Source: an uncultured Polyangiaceae bacterium
GTDB lineage: Bacteria; Myxococcota_A; Polyangia; Polyangiales; Polyangiaceae
Assembly: GCA_965652275.1 (NCBI GenBank)
Contig: CBFGUR010000009.1
Location: 24,940-88,939 of the forward strand
Length of the DNA: 64,000 nt
Direction: 5' to 3'
The translations under genes were made by a program, and so were the position numbers. Position 1 is the stretch's first letter. Every line of letters starts with the position of its first letter. Below, piece by piece: positions 47,059 to 55,476 of this stretch. The notes under the pieces are model-generated. The model searched no databases and was not told where the DNA came from. It worked only from the letters and a program-made list of their open reading frames with translations.

Positions 47059-49806
47059 TCAGTGCGCGGCGTTCCAGTTTTCGCCGCTGCCGATGTCGAC
47101 GGTGAGAGGAACGCAGAGGTCGTAGGCGGATTCCATGGCACGGACGATGAGTGGGCTTGCCTCATCGACTTCGCTTTCCGGAATTTCGAAGACGAGCTCG
47201 TCGTGCACTGTGAGCACCATCTTCGTGCCTTTCGTCACTGGGTCCTTGAGCTTGAGCATCGCCAGCTTGAGGATGTCCGCAGCGGACCCTTGAATCGGCA
47301 TGTTCATGGCGATGCGCTCTGCCGCAAGGCGACGCGCCCGGTTCCCGCTCTTGATGTCGGGGACGGTTCGTCGTCTTCCCAAGATACTTCGCACAGCCTC
47401 ACCTTGGCGTGCCCGTTCGAGGGTCTCGTCCATGAAAGTTCGAACACCGTCGTAGCGGCGAAAGTACGTGGCGATGAAGCGCGCGGCTTCTCGACGTTCG
47501 ATCCCGAGCGCTTTGGCCAACCCCGACTCGCCCTGCCCGTAAATGACCCCGAAGTTCACGGCCTTTGCTCGCGTTCTCATTTCTCGGGTGAGCTGGTCTT
47601 CGGGTACCTCGAAGATTTCCATGGCCGTGCGGGCGTGCACGTCCTGGCCCGTTTGGAAGGCCTCGACCAAACGATCATCTTGCGACAAGTGAGCGAGGAC
47701 TCGAAGCTCGATCTGCGAATAGTCTGCGCTTACGACTCGGTGGCCCGGCTCGGCGACGAACGCTTCACGGATCTTTCGTCCGAGTTCCGAACGAATGGGA
47801 ATGTTTTGGAGGTTGGGATCGGTCGAAGATAGGCGGCCGGTGGCGGCGACCGCCTGTTCCCAAGCGCCATGGATTCGTCCCGTCTTCTTGTTTACGAGGG
47901 CAGGAAGCGCGTCGATGTACGTTCCCTTCAGTTTGGCGATCTGCCGGATCTTCAGGATGATGTCGGGAAGATCGTGTTCCTCTGCCAGAGCTTCGAGTGT
48001 CTGCGCGTCTGTCGATCGTGACGTCTTCGTGCGCTTGATCGGCTTCAGACCCAAGTCGTCGAACAAGATGGTCTCGAGCTGACGCGGCGAATTCACGTTG
48101 AATTCTTTACCGGCGCACGAGTGCGCCTCCTTCTCCAGTTCAGCCAGCTGCGTGCTGCAAACCTCGGAGAGCTTCGCGAGCTTCTCCACGTCGACGAGTA
48201 CTCCACGCCTTTCCAGTTCGGCGAGAAGATTGGCGAGAGGAAGCTCGACGTCGGTGAGCAGCTTGGTGAGCCCCTCCTCTTCGAGTAGCTCCTTCTGGCG
48301 GCTCGTTTCCTTCAGGATTGTTTGCGTGCGCAGAGCAGCGTATTCGGCGGAAGGTCGAACCTCCATTTCGTCGAACGTGCGCTTGCGACGTCCTTCTTTG
48401 GAGAACTGATCATAGTCCAACACGGAGACGTCGACGTTGGCCCCAAGGGCGACGAGACCATGGTTCCGTTCGGGATCGAGCAAGTAGGACCCCAGCATCG
48501 TGTCGTGCGCGCCGCGGATTCCTTCGTGGATTCCGCCTTCTCCCAGCAAGACGAGGGTGCGTTTGAGATCGTGGACAGAGACCTCCGCCGATCCCGAGTC
48601 CAGAGCCCTGAGGACGCGTGTCAGGGTCTCTATCGGATCGAGCTGAGTCGGCGCGCCTACGTATCTGTGTCCGAACGGAAGGAAGTAGTCGATTCCTTCC
48701 GAGGACAAGCTTGCTGCGATGATTGGACCTCGGTGATCATCAGGCCGTGTCGTGTGCACTTCTAGCGCCCAGTGGCCTTCTTCGAGCCGTTTGGAAAGGG
48801 AGCCGAGCTTTTCGTCCGAGTCGATGATGAGTAGATCGCGGGAGGTGGCTGCCGGTGCGGGTTTTTGGGGGGTTCCTCTCGGCTCGGCCGAGTTCGAACC
48901 CGTCTGGATCGTGGCGGTTCCACTCTTGAGGGCTGCGAGTTGGCGCGAAAAACCAAGCTCTTCATAAAGCTCGAGCAGCTTCGGTTCATCGCGCCTTTCC
49001 TCGGGTGCGAAGGCCAATGCCTCGGGGGACACGTCGACAGCGCAATCCTCCTTCAATGCGACGAGCCTACGACTCAGACGCGCGGCATCTTCGTGTTCCT
49101 CGAGCGTTTCTTTCAGTTTCTTTCGCTTGATCGTCCCGAGAGCGGCGAAGATCCCATCCAAGCTTCCGTGTTCTTGCAGAAGAGTCGCAGCAGTCTTGGG
49201 CCCGACGCTCGGGACACCGGGTATGTTGTCCGAAGAGTCTCCCATCAGAGCCAAAAGATCGCCCAGGAGTGCGGGAGGCACTTGGAATCTCTCCTCCACC
49301 TCTTCAGGACCAAACACCTTGTTCCGAAGGGTGTCCCACATGATGACATTCGGACCGACGAGTTGCATGAGATCTTTGTCCGCACTCACGATGACGACGC
49401 GGCGCCCTTCCGCGAGAGTGCGTTTGGTGACCGATGCGATGAGGTCGTCGGCTTCCACACCGTCCTCCTTCAGCACGTTCAAACCCCAGGCTCGGACGAT
49501 TTCTTCCGCTCGCTTGATCTGGATTCGGAGATCGTCCGGTGCTGGGGGACGGTTGGCTTTGTAATCGGGAAAGATCTGCTTGCGGAACGTCTCACGCCCC
49601 GAGTCCATGGCGATGCAAGTGAGCTGTGGCCGGCGTTCGCGAAACAGACGCTCGAGCATCGTGACTGTGCCGTGAACCGCGTGAGTCGGCTCTCCTTTGG
49701 GTGAAGAAAGAGGGGCGACGGCGTGATAAGCGCGCAGCAGATAACTGCTCAGGTCGACGACGTAGAGGACGTCGGGGGCGCCTGCATCGAAGAGCTTGGT
49801 AGGCAT
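47059..49806 (-). CDS. polA: DNA polymerase I
   Basis: A 5'-3' exonuclease N-terminus is present (LYVVDLSSYLLRAYHA, GDSSDNIPGVPSVGPKTA). The polymerase motifs are SADYSQIELRVLAH, RTRAKAVNFGVIYG and LTVHDELVFE. Confidence 0.97.
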   Translation of the reverse strand: MPTKLFDAGAPDVLYVVDLSSYLLRAYHAVAPLSSPKGEPTHAVHGTVTMLERLFRERRPQLTCIAMDSGRETFRKQIFPDYKANRPPAPDDLRIQIKRAEEIVRAWGLNVLKEDGVEADDLIASVTKRTLAEGRRVVIVSADKDLMQLVGPNVIMWDTLRNKVFGPEEVEERFQVPPALLGDLLALMGDSSDNIPGVPSVGPKTAATLLQEHGSLDGIFAALGTIKRKKLKETLEEHEDAARLSRRLVALKEDCAVDVSPEALAFAPEERRDEPKLLELYEELGFSRQLAALKSGTATIQTGSNSAEPRGTPQKPAPAATSRDLLIIDSDEKLGSLSKRLEEGHWALEVHTTRPDDHRGPIIAASLSSEGIDYFLPFGHRYVGAPTQLDPIETLTRVLRALDSGSAEVSVHDLKRTLVLLGEGGIHEGIRGAHDTMLGSYLLDPERNHGLVALGANVDVSVLDYDQFSKEGRRKRTFDEMEVRPSAEYAALRTQTILKETSRQKELLEEEGLTKLLTDVELPLANLLAELERRGVLVDVEKLAKLSEVCSTQLAELEKEAHSCAGKEFNVNSPRQLETILFDDLGLKPIKRTKTSRSTDAQTLEALAEEHDLPDIILKIRQIAKLKGTYIDALPALVNKKTGRIHGAWEQAVAATGRLSSTDPNLQNIPIRSELGRKIREAFVAEPGHRVVSADYSQIELRVLAHLSQDDRLVEAFQTGQDVHARTAMEIFEVPEDQLTREMRTRAKAVNFGVIYGQGESGLAKALGIERREAARFIATYFRRYDGVRTFMDETLERARQGEAVRSILGRRRTVPDIKSGNRARRLAAERIAMNMPIQGSAADILKLAMLKLKDPVTKGTKMVLTVHDELVFEIPESEVDEASPLIVRAMESAYDLCVPLTVDIGSGENWNAAH

Positions 49807-49961
49807 CGACGGGGTGATACCAGATTCCAGTGTGAGGGTGATCGAGGGGCGAAATTTGGCCCAGATGTAGGTAATTGTTCCCTTTTTCCGACAACCTGAT
49901 GCAACGAATTACATCGTGGTGACAATTGTTTCGGCGCGTTTTGGTAGTCGTTGGTTCAGCT

Positions 49962-51479
49962 ATGTCCGCCGCGGAAATCCTCCTGGTCGTTCTCTACTTC
50001 GTGGTTCTCGGGGGCTTGTGCACCCTGGGAGCGCACCGTGCGTTCACCGTCTATCTGTGCCGCAAGCATCGTCGCGTCATCGAGCGAGCCGCTCGCCCGT
50101 TGGCTCGGTTCAGCGAATCCGAATTGCCGCGGATCACGGTGCAGCTGCCCCTCTACAACGAAGCCACGGTTGCCGCTCGATTGATCGAGGCTGCAGGCAA
50201 CCTCGACTACCCGAGCGATCGACTCGAGATTCAGGTTCTCGACGATTCGACCGACGAAACGCGGGCGATTGCCCAGAAGAAGGTCGAGGAGCTGAGAAGA
50301 CGCGGGGTGGATGCTCTGTACGTGCGGCGCCCCAATCGTGAGGGCTACAAGGCGGGTGCTCTCGATTTTGGGCTGCAGACATCCAAGGGCGAGTTCGTCG
50401 CGATGTTCGACGCCGACTTCATCCCTCAGCCGACCTTTCTACGCGATATCATCGACCACTTCGTCGATCCCAAGGTGGGGATGGTTCAGACGCGCTGGGC
50501 GCACATGAATCGTGAGTCGAATCTTCTGACTCAGATTCAGGCGCTGATGCTCGATGGGCATCATCTCGTCGAAAACTGCGCCCGGTTCGGTGCTGGCTGC
50601 TACTTCAATTTCGCCGGAACTGGCGGAATGTGGCGACGCAAGGCGATTGACGCTGCTGGCGGCTGGGAACACGACACTCTGACCGAAGATCTGGATCTTT
50701 CGTATCGCGCACAAATGGCTGGGTATCAGTTCGTCTATCGTCCTGACGTCCTGACTCCGTCGGAGCTCCCTGAAGACATCTCGGCGCTCCGTGCTCAGCA
50801 ACATCGCTGGGCAAAGGGTACGGTTCAGACCGCGCGTAAACTCCTCCCTCGGGTCATGAAGCACGAGCCCATGTCGATTCACCAACGCGTCGAGGCGGCG
50901 TTTCATATGCTTCCTCATTTCGCGTACCCCCTGATGATGCTCCTATCGATTCTTCTTCTGCCTGCGTTGGTGTTGCTCCCCGCTGCCGACGTGCGCACGA
51001 TGATGCTCGTGGACTTGCCCCTGTGCTTTGGCGCCACCGGGTCCATCGCGGCCTTCTATGCACTGGCCGAAACCAGCCAAGGAAGATCGGCCTGGGGCGC
51101 GCTCAAGCGGTTGCCCATCTTGATCGGTCTGGGTGCAGGAATGTCGCCCCATTTGTCGCGCGCCGTCTGGAGTGGTCTCAACCACATGTCGGGTGAATTC
51201 GTCCGCACCCCCAAGCGTGGGGAAAACTCCGGCCGCTACAAGATGGGCGCCAAGCTCCCCCTCGTGGAGCTCTGCCTGATGATGCTCACAGGAGCTTCGG
51301 TCGTCGCAGCGTTCGAGACCGGACACTGGTTCGCGGCTCCCTTCGCGATTCTCTTCACCTGGGGACATGCATATGTGGCCACGATGGTGCTCAAAGAGCA
51401 GCTTCTCCCCGCTTCTTCCCTTGGATCGGGCTCGGGTGGGGCTCTCGGGGACGACCGGCCCCTGGTCAAAGCTGCGTAA
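49962..51479 (+). CDS. Processive family-2 glycosyltransferase (cellulose-synthase-like / CslA-like), integral membrane
   Basis: It carries the D, D, D, QxxRW set: LDDSTDET, MFDADF, TLTEDLDLS and QQHRWAKG. TM segments lie at both ends. The ATG at 49962 gives MSAAEILLVVLYFVVL. Confidence 0.85.
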   Translation: MSAAEILLVVLYFVVLGGLCTLGAHRAFTVYLCRKHRRVIERAARPLARFSESELPRITVQLPLYNEATVAARLIEAAGNLDYPSDRLEIQVLDDSTDETRAIAQKKVEELRRRGVDALYVRRPNREGYKAGALDFGLQTSKGEFVAMFDADFIPQPTFLRDIIDHFVDPKVGMVQTRWAHMNRESNLLTQIQALMLDGHHLVENCARFGAGCYFNFAGTGGMWRRKAIDAAGGWEHDTLTEDLDLSYRAQMAGYQFVYRPDVLTPSELPEDISALRAQQHRWAKGTVQTARKLLPRVMKHEPMSIHQRVEAAFHMLPHFAYPLMMLLSILLLPALVLLPAADVRTMMLVDLPLCFGATGSIAAFYALAETSQGRSAWGALKRLPILIGLGAGMSPHLSRAVWSGLNHMSGEFVRTPKRGENSGRYKMGAKLPLVELCLMMLTGASVVAAFETGHWFAAPFAILFTWGHAYVATMVLKEQLLPASSLGSGSGGALGDDRPLVKAA

Positions 51480-51614
51480 TCTCGGTAGCATAAGTCTGAT
51501 TGACGGTGGGAGATCCGATGGGTCGACCTTACTTCGATCCCCCGAGGAGGCATGGAGCGACTTGGGGCCCGAGCTACTTCAGCGAAGCGGAGACGAGAAC
51601 CTGTGGGCACACGA

Positions 51615-51953
51615 ATGACGAAGGCTGATATGGTCCAGGCGGTGTATTCGCGGCTTGGGGGCTTTTCCAAGAAAGAATCAGCCGACCTCGTTGATCTGGT
51701 TTTCGAGACCATGAAGGAAACGCTGGGGCGGGGGGAGAAAATCAAGATTTCCGGCTTCGGGAACTTCGTGCTCCGCGACAAGCGGCCGCGTCAAGGTCGC
51801 AACCCGCAGACGGGTACCCCGATCATGATCACGGAACGTCGCGTGCTGAGCTTCAAGGCAAGCCAGTTGCTCAAGCACGTTCTCAACCCCCGCGACGGGG
51901 AAGAAGCGGATGCGCCGAGCGTCGGTGCCGCTCCGGCCTCGTCTGACGATTGA
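51615..51953 (+). CDS. ihfA: Integration host factor subunit alpha
   Basis: MTKADMVQAVY...KISGFGNFVLRDKRPRQGRNPQTGTPIMITERRVLSFKASQLLK matches the IHF-alpha pattern GFGNF-LRDK..R.GRNP.TG..I.I..RRV..F. The C-terminal tail is acidic. Confidence 0.88.
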   Translation: MTKADMVQAVYSRLGGFSKKESADLVDLVFETMKETLGRGEKIKISGFGNFVLRDKRPRQGRNPQTGTPIMITERRVLSFKASQLLKHVLNPRDGEEADAPSVGAAPASSDD

Positions 51954-51963
51954 GAGCTAACTC

Positions 51964-52335
51964 GTGACCCGACGAGATCCCCCGGTCAAGCTCTACTACC
52001 GAATCGGCGAGGTAGCTCAGGCGGTGGGCGTACAGCCTCACGTGCTGCGCTATTGGGAGTCGGAATTCGGTTCCATTCGTCCGCAGAAATCCGCTCGCGG
52101 TCAGCGCGTGTATTCCCATAAGGACCTGGAGAAGCTCTTGCGGGTCAAGGAACTGCTCCACAGCGACGGGTACACGATTGCGGGGGCCAAGAAGAAGCTT
52201 CGCGAGGCGGGCACGGAGGAGCACGCCAATCAGGCCGAGGTTGCCGCGACCAACGCGAAGATGCGTGCGCAACTCACGGAAATTCGCAACGAGATCCAGT
52301 CCGAACTGGATGCACTCGACCGGCGCGACGACTGA
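51964..52335 (+). CDS. MerR-family transcriptional regulator
   Basis: A GTG start lies 10 nt after ihfA. The helix-turn-helix is YYRIGEVAQAVGVQPHVLRYWESEFGSIRPQKSARGQRVYSHKDLEKLLRVKELL. Confidence 0.85.
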   Translation: MTRRDPPVKLYYRIGEVAQAVGVQPHVLRYWESEFGSIRPQKSARGQRVYSHKDLEKLLRVKELLHSDGYTIAGAKKKLREAGTEEHANQAEVAATNAKMRAQLTEIRNEIQSELDALDRRDD

Positions 52336-52549
52336 GAACTCGGCCTGGTCGCTTCCAGATCGGGTGCGGCTCGCCGCTCCAGGACGGGCACTTCTCTCCG
52401 GTGGACAAACAACATCCCACCCCTCTTGACTCGGCTCCCCTTTGTGGGGAGATCGCCCATGCCGAGAGGGACCCGACCCTGTCTGACCACCTCTAAGCAC
52501 AAGAAACCAAAGCCCGCGGGGTTCTCCCGCACAGCACAAAAGGAACGAA

Positions 52550-53005
52550 ATGGCAGAAGGTTTGAATCGAGTGATCCTCCTGGGAAACCTCGGGGCTGAT
52601 CCTGAACTCCGCATGACGAATGGCGGCACCGCGGTCCTCAACGTCCGTATGGCCACCTCCGAGTCGTACTTGGATCGCAACAAGCAGCGCCAGGAACGTA
52701 CCGAGTGGCATCGAGTCGTCATTTGGGGTCGTCGCGCGGAGGCTCTAGGGAAGATCCTCACCAAGGGTGACCGAATCCTCATCGAAGGCAGTCTGCGGAC
52801 CTCTAGCTACGAGGACCGCGACGGCAACAAGAAGTACACGACCGAAATCGTTGCCAACAACGTCGTCCTCAGTGGCGGTGGCGGCGGCGGTGGCGGTCGT
52901 GGTCGCGGCGGCGGTGGTGACTTCGGGCCCCCACCGTCTGGCGGAGGCGGCTACGATGACGCCGATTACGGCGGCGCGCCTGACGACGACGACATCCCAT
53001 TTTAG
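52550..53005 (+). CDS. ssb: Single-stranded DNA-binding protein
   Basis: The OB fold reads LNRVILLGNLGADPELR...TEWHRVVIWGRRAE. A Gly-rich linker follows, and the acidic tip is DDDIPF. Confidence 0.95.
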   Translation: MAEGLNRVILLGNLGADPELRMTNGGTAVLNVRMATSESYLDRNKQRQERTEWHRVVIWGRRAEALGKILTKGDRILIEGSLRTSSYEDRDGNKKYTTEIVANNVVLSGGGGGGGGRGRGGGGDFGPPPSGGGGYDDADYGGAPDDDDIPF

Positions 53006-53013
53006 GTCGTACC

Positions 53014-53048
53014 GAAGGGGCCGCGGCAGCGCTGTCGGCCCCCTTTTC
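53014..53048 (+). terminator. Putative intrinsic terminator after ssb
   Basis: A GC-rich stem, GGGGCCG...CGGCCCC (7 bp, 12-nt loop), is followed by CTTTTCT. Confidence 0.55.
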
Positions 53049-53063
53049 TAGCGTCTCGCCATC

Positions 53064-54020
53064 ATGGTCTTGGTTCTCGGTCCGCCCAACCCGGTTGCCT
53101 TACGCGTCGTCGAACATCTCTCAGCCAAGGGAGATGCCGTCGTGGTCGTCGGGAGCCCGGAGCTCCGTTCCTCCCTCCCGGAGTCGGTCGAGCTTTGTGT
53201 TGGTGACGCCGCCAGCATTGATTTTGGTCTCAGCGGTCGGCGATACCTGGAGCTGCTTGCTTCGGTGGACGAGATCGTCTTGGCCGATACCACTTATGTC
53301 TCGTCGGGAGAGGTCGAGCGCAACCGGTTCGTCCGGCAGGCTGCGGAGGTCGCCGAGTTCGTCAAGGCTGGCGGGGGGCAGAAGGGGGTGCGCTTCCTTT
53401 CATCTCTGTTGGTTTTCGGAAGCGCCAAAGGTGAGGTGTCTGAGGACGAGTTCGAGGTGGGGCAGCGCTTTCGCGACGAGTTCGAGGAGTCCCTGGCCGT
53501 TGCCGAAAAGATCATCCGCGATCTTGGACATCGTTGTCCCATTTCGATTCTCCGTTGCGCTCCCGTTGCTGGCGACGATAGGACTGGGGAACTCTTCCCG
53601 AGCGCCCCCCTTTCGCATCTCGCCCGGCAAGTCATCAGCGCGCCAAGCGACATCGGGCACACCTTTACGGATCTTCCAGTCCATTTCGAGACTGTGGAGC
53701 GCGTGGCAAAGTCGCTCTTTCGGCTGCAGCCGAAAGAGCACACGAGAGTCGCGCATCTCGTCGACAAGAATCCCCTGACCGATCGCGCGCTCATTCACTG
53801 GCTAGCCAAGGCAGCAAACAAGCGCGTTCACGAGCGGGCTCCTGGCCCTCGACCATGGTCGTCCTGGGGGCGAGCCTCTTATCCTGGGGGCCGAACCCTT
53901 GCCGGATGGGGGCTCCGATTCAGGCGCGATTTCGCCGAGGAGCAGCTCACCGACCTTCTCGACCCCGATCGAGAAGCTCTCCTGGAAGGTCTATTTTCAA
54001 GGGAAAGCCGCATTGCTTGA
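53064..54020 (+). CDS. NAD(P)-dependent epimerase/SDR-like protein with degenerate nucleotide-binding motif
   Basis: The layout is Rossmann-like: VLVLGPPNPVALRVVEHL...DAVVVVGSP...VELCVGDA...EIVLAD. The canonical GxxGxxG is replaced by GPPNPVA. The assignment is weak. Confidence 0.5.
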   Translation: MVLVLGPPNPVALRVVEHLSAKGDAVVVVGSPELRSSLPESVELCVGDAASIDFGLSGRRYLELLASVDEIVLADTTYVSSGEVERNRFVRQAAEVAEFVKAGGGQKGVRFLSSLLVFGSAKGEVSEDEFEVGQRFRDEFEESLAVAEKIIRDLGHRCPISILRCAPVAGDDRTGELFPSAPLSHLARQVISAPSDIGHTFTDLPVHFETVERVAKSLFRLQPKEHTRVAHLVDKNPLTDRALIHWLAKAANKRVHERAPGPRPWSSWGRASYPGGRTLAGWGLRFRRDFAEEQLTDLLDPDREALLEGLFSRESRIA

Positions 54021-54042
54021 ACCGCCACGCTGCGCAAGGCTC

Positions 54043-55476
54043 ATGAAAGGAGGCGCGCTTTGCGTGGCGCTCCTTTTTTCTATTCATGCTTGCGCGCCCA
54101 AGGCGCGTCAGGTGCGCTCGGCGTCGGAGTACGGTGAGGCAGAGAGTCGCCCGATTCCCCGACTCGGCCCACCCGTCATCGCGAAGCCGCATCCGCTGGG
54201 CGAGGCGGAGTCGGGAGAGACGCAGCCGGCGCAGCCACCTGGGGTGCCAGCAGTGGTCCGCAAACTCGAGCATCTCGAAGCGTTCTATGACGCCGTCGAT
54301 GACGTCAGAAACAGGCGAAGGGACAAGAGCGTCCGCATTCTCTGGCTCGGCGATTCTCACACGGCAGCTGACTTCATGACTCAGCCGGTGAGGGAGCGAC
54401 TGGCGGCCCTCGGCGGCGACGGTGGACCGGGGTTCGTCCGCCTGGGCCTCGACGGGTATCGTCATGGGGCCGTGCGGGTGAAGCCGTTTGGTCGATGGCG
54501 CAAGGCACCGATCTTGCCGGCTCAACGGACGCGAGTCCTGGACGGAGTATTCGGCTACGGGGGCATCCGAACGCTTCCTGCTGCAGGAGCTGGGGTCACC
54601 TTGGCACCGCGCGACCCGCGCGGCGATGAGCTGACGTGGACATTGTCTCTCCGCCTGCTTCACACATCCAAGGTCGACTTTCAGCTTGGTGAGGCCCGGA
54701 TGCGAGTATTGCCCGAAGACGACGAGGGTGAGCTCCTTCCCGGGGGCGGGCAGTTCGAGGCACTCAGCGGAACGGATACAGAGGAGCTCTCCGTGCACCA
54801 CGTGGGGGGCGACCCAGAGGTATTCGGTGTTTTCGGTGACTACACTTCACCGGGCGTTGTGCTCGATACGGTCGGAATCAATGGGGCACGCACAGCGACG
54901 CCCTTGGCGTGGGAGCCCGAGCAGTTCGTCGCTCAGGTTGCGGCGAGAGAGCCCGATCTACTCGTCCTGGCCTTTGGGACGAACGAGGTTTTCGATCAGA
55001 CGACTCCCGAAAGGTATGTAGAACACAACGAGGAACTCGTGAAGCTGGTACGCCAGGCGCGCCCTGGCATTCCCTGCTGGATCGTGGGTCCGCCAGATTC
55101 GTCCACCAAAGAGGGCACTTCCAAGGCGCGAGTTGCGGAGGTTACCGCGGCTCAGGCGCGCGCGGCGGAGAATATGGGATGCGCGTTCACCAGCGCGTTC
55201 GAGTTGATGGGAGGGGAGGGAAGCTTCAACCGCTGGGCTCGGGAGAAGCCGGCGAAGGCCCGCGGCGACCGCATTCACCTCACGATCGCGGGCTATCGAG
55301 AGCTCGGCCGCCTACTCGGTGAAGCTCTCATCGATGGGATGCCTCTTGCCCAGGCGCGACTTTCTTCGGAAGAGCAGCCGTCGGACCCGCTCGATGCAGC
55401 TGAGAAGGAGGGCGAACGGGCCCACGATTCGACGGACAGCGTGCCCCGGTTCAAGGAGCCGCCGAACGCGCCTTGA
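54043..55476 (+). CDS. SGNH/GDSL-family hydrolase lipoprotein with inserted beta-rich domain
   Basis: The ATG at 54043 gives MKGGALCVALLFSIHAC, a lipobox. SGNH block I is ILWLGDSHTAADF, block III is LVLAFGTNEV, and block V is GDRIHLT (DxxH). About 190 aa are inserted between blocks I and III. Confidence 0.75.
   Translation: MKGGALCVALLFSIHACAPKARQVRSASEYGEAESRPIPRLGPPVIAKPHPLGEAESGETQPAQPPGVPAVVRKLEHLEAFYDAVDDVRNRRRDKSVRILWLGDSHTAADFMTQPVRERLAALGGDGGPGFVRLGLDGYRHGAVRVKPFGRWRKAPILPAQRTRVLDGVFGYGGIRTLPAAGAGVTLAPRDPRGDELTWTLSLRLLHTSKVDFQLGEARMRVLPEDDEGELLPGGGQFEALSGTDTEELSVHHVGGDPEVFGVFGDYTSPGVVLDTVGINGARTATPLAWEPEQFVAQVAAREPDLLVLAFGTNEVFDQTTPERYVEHNEELVKLVRQARPGIPCWIVGPPDSSTKEGTSKARVAEVTAAQARAAENMGCAFTSAFELMGGEGSFNRWAREKPAKARGDRIHLTIAGYRELGRLLGEALIDGMPLAQARLSSEEQPSDPLDAAEKEGERAHDSTDSVPRFKEPPNAP

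Noticed and set aside
47052-47165. Longer HrpB N-terminus starting at ATG 47165
   Set aside because: It would overlap the 3' end of polA by 107 nt and add a Ser/Thr/Pro-rich, non-conserved leader. The GTG at 47051 gives the usual LPI... N-terminus right after the polA stop. This remains uncertain without alignment.
46885-49704. Plus-strand ORFs 46885..47832 (315 aa) and 48865..49704 (279 aa) opposite hrpB/polA
   Set aside because: Both are contained within unambiguous minus-strand genes with helicase and polymerase motifs. No independent evidence supports them.
52336-52549. Expected tRNA or LexA/SOS box in the 214-bp spacer upstream of ssb
   Set aside because: No cloverleaf is present, and there is no match to a GTTC-containing myxobacterial-type SOS box. 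Only a small hairpin, CTCCCC-TTTGT-GGGGAG (52435..52451), next to a TTGACT hexamer was found, which is insufficient to call.
53899-54042. N-terminal extension of the SGNH lipoprotein ORF overlapping the SDR-like gene
   Set aside because: The extension lies out of frame inside the upstream gene. The internal ATG at 54043 yields a clean lipoprotein signal peptide.
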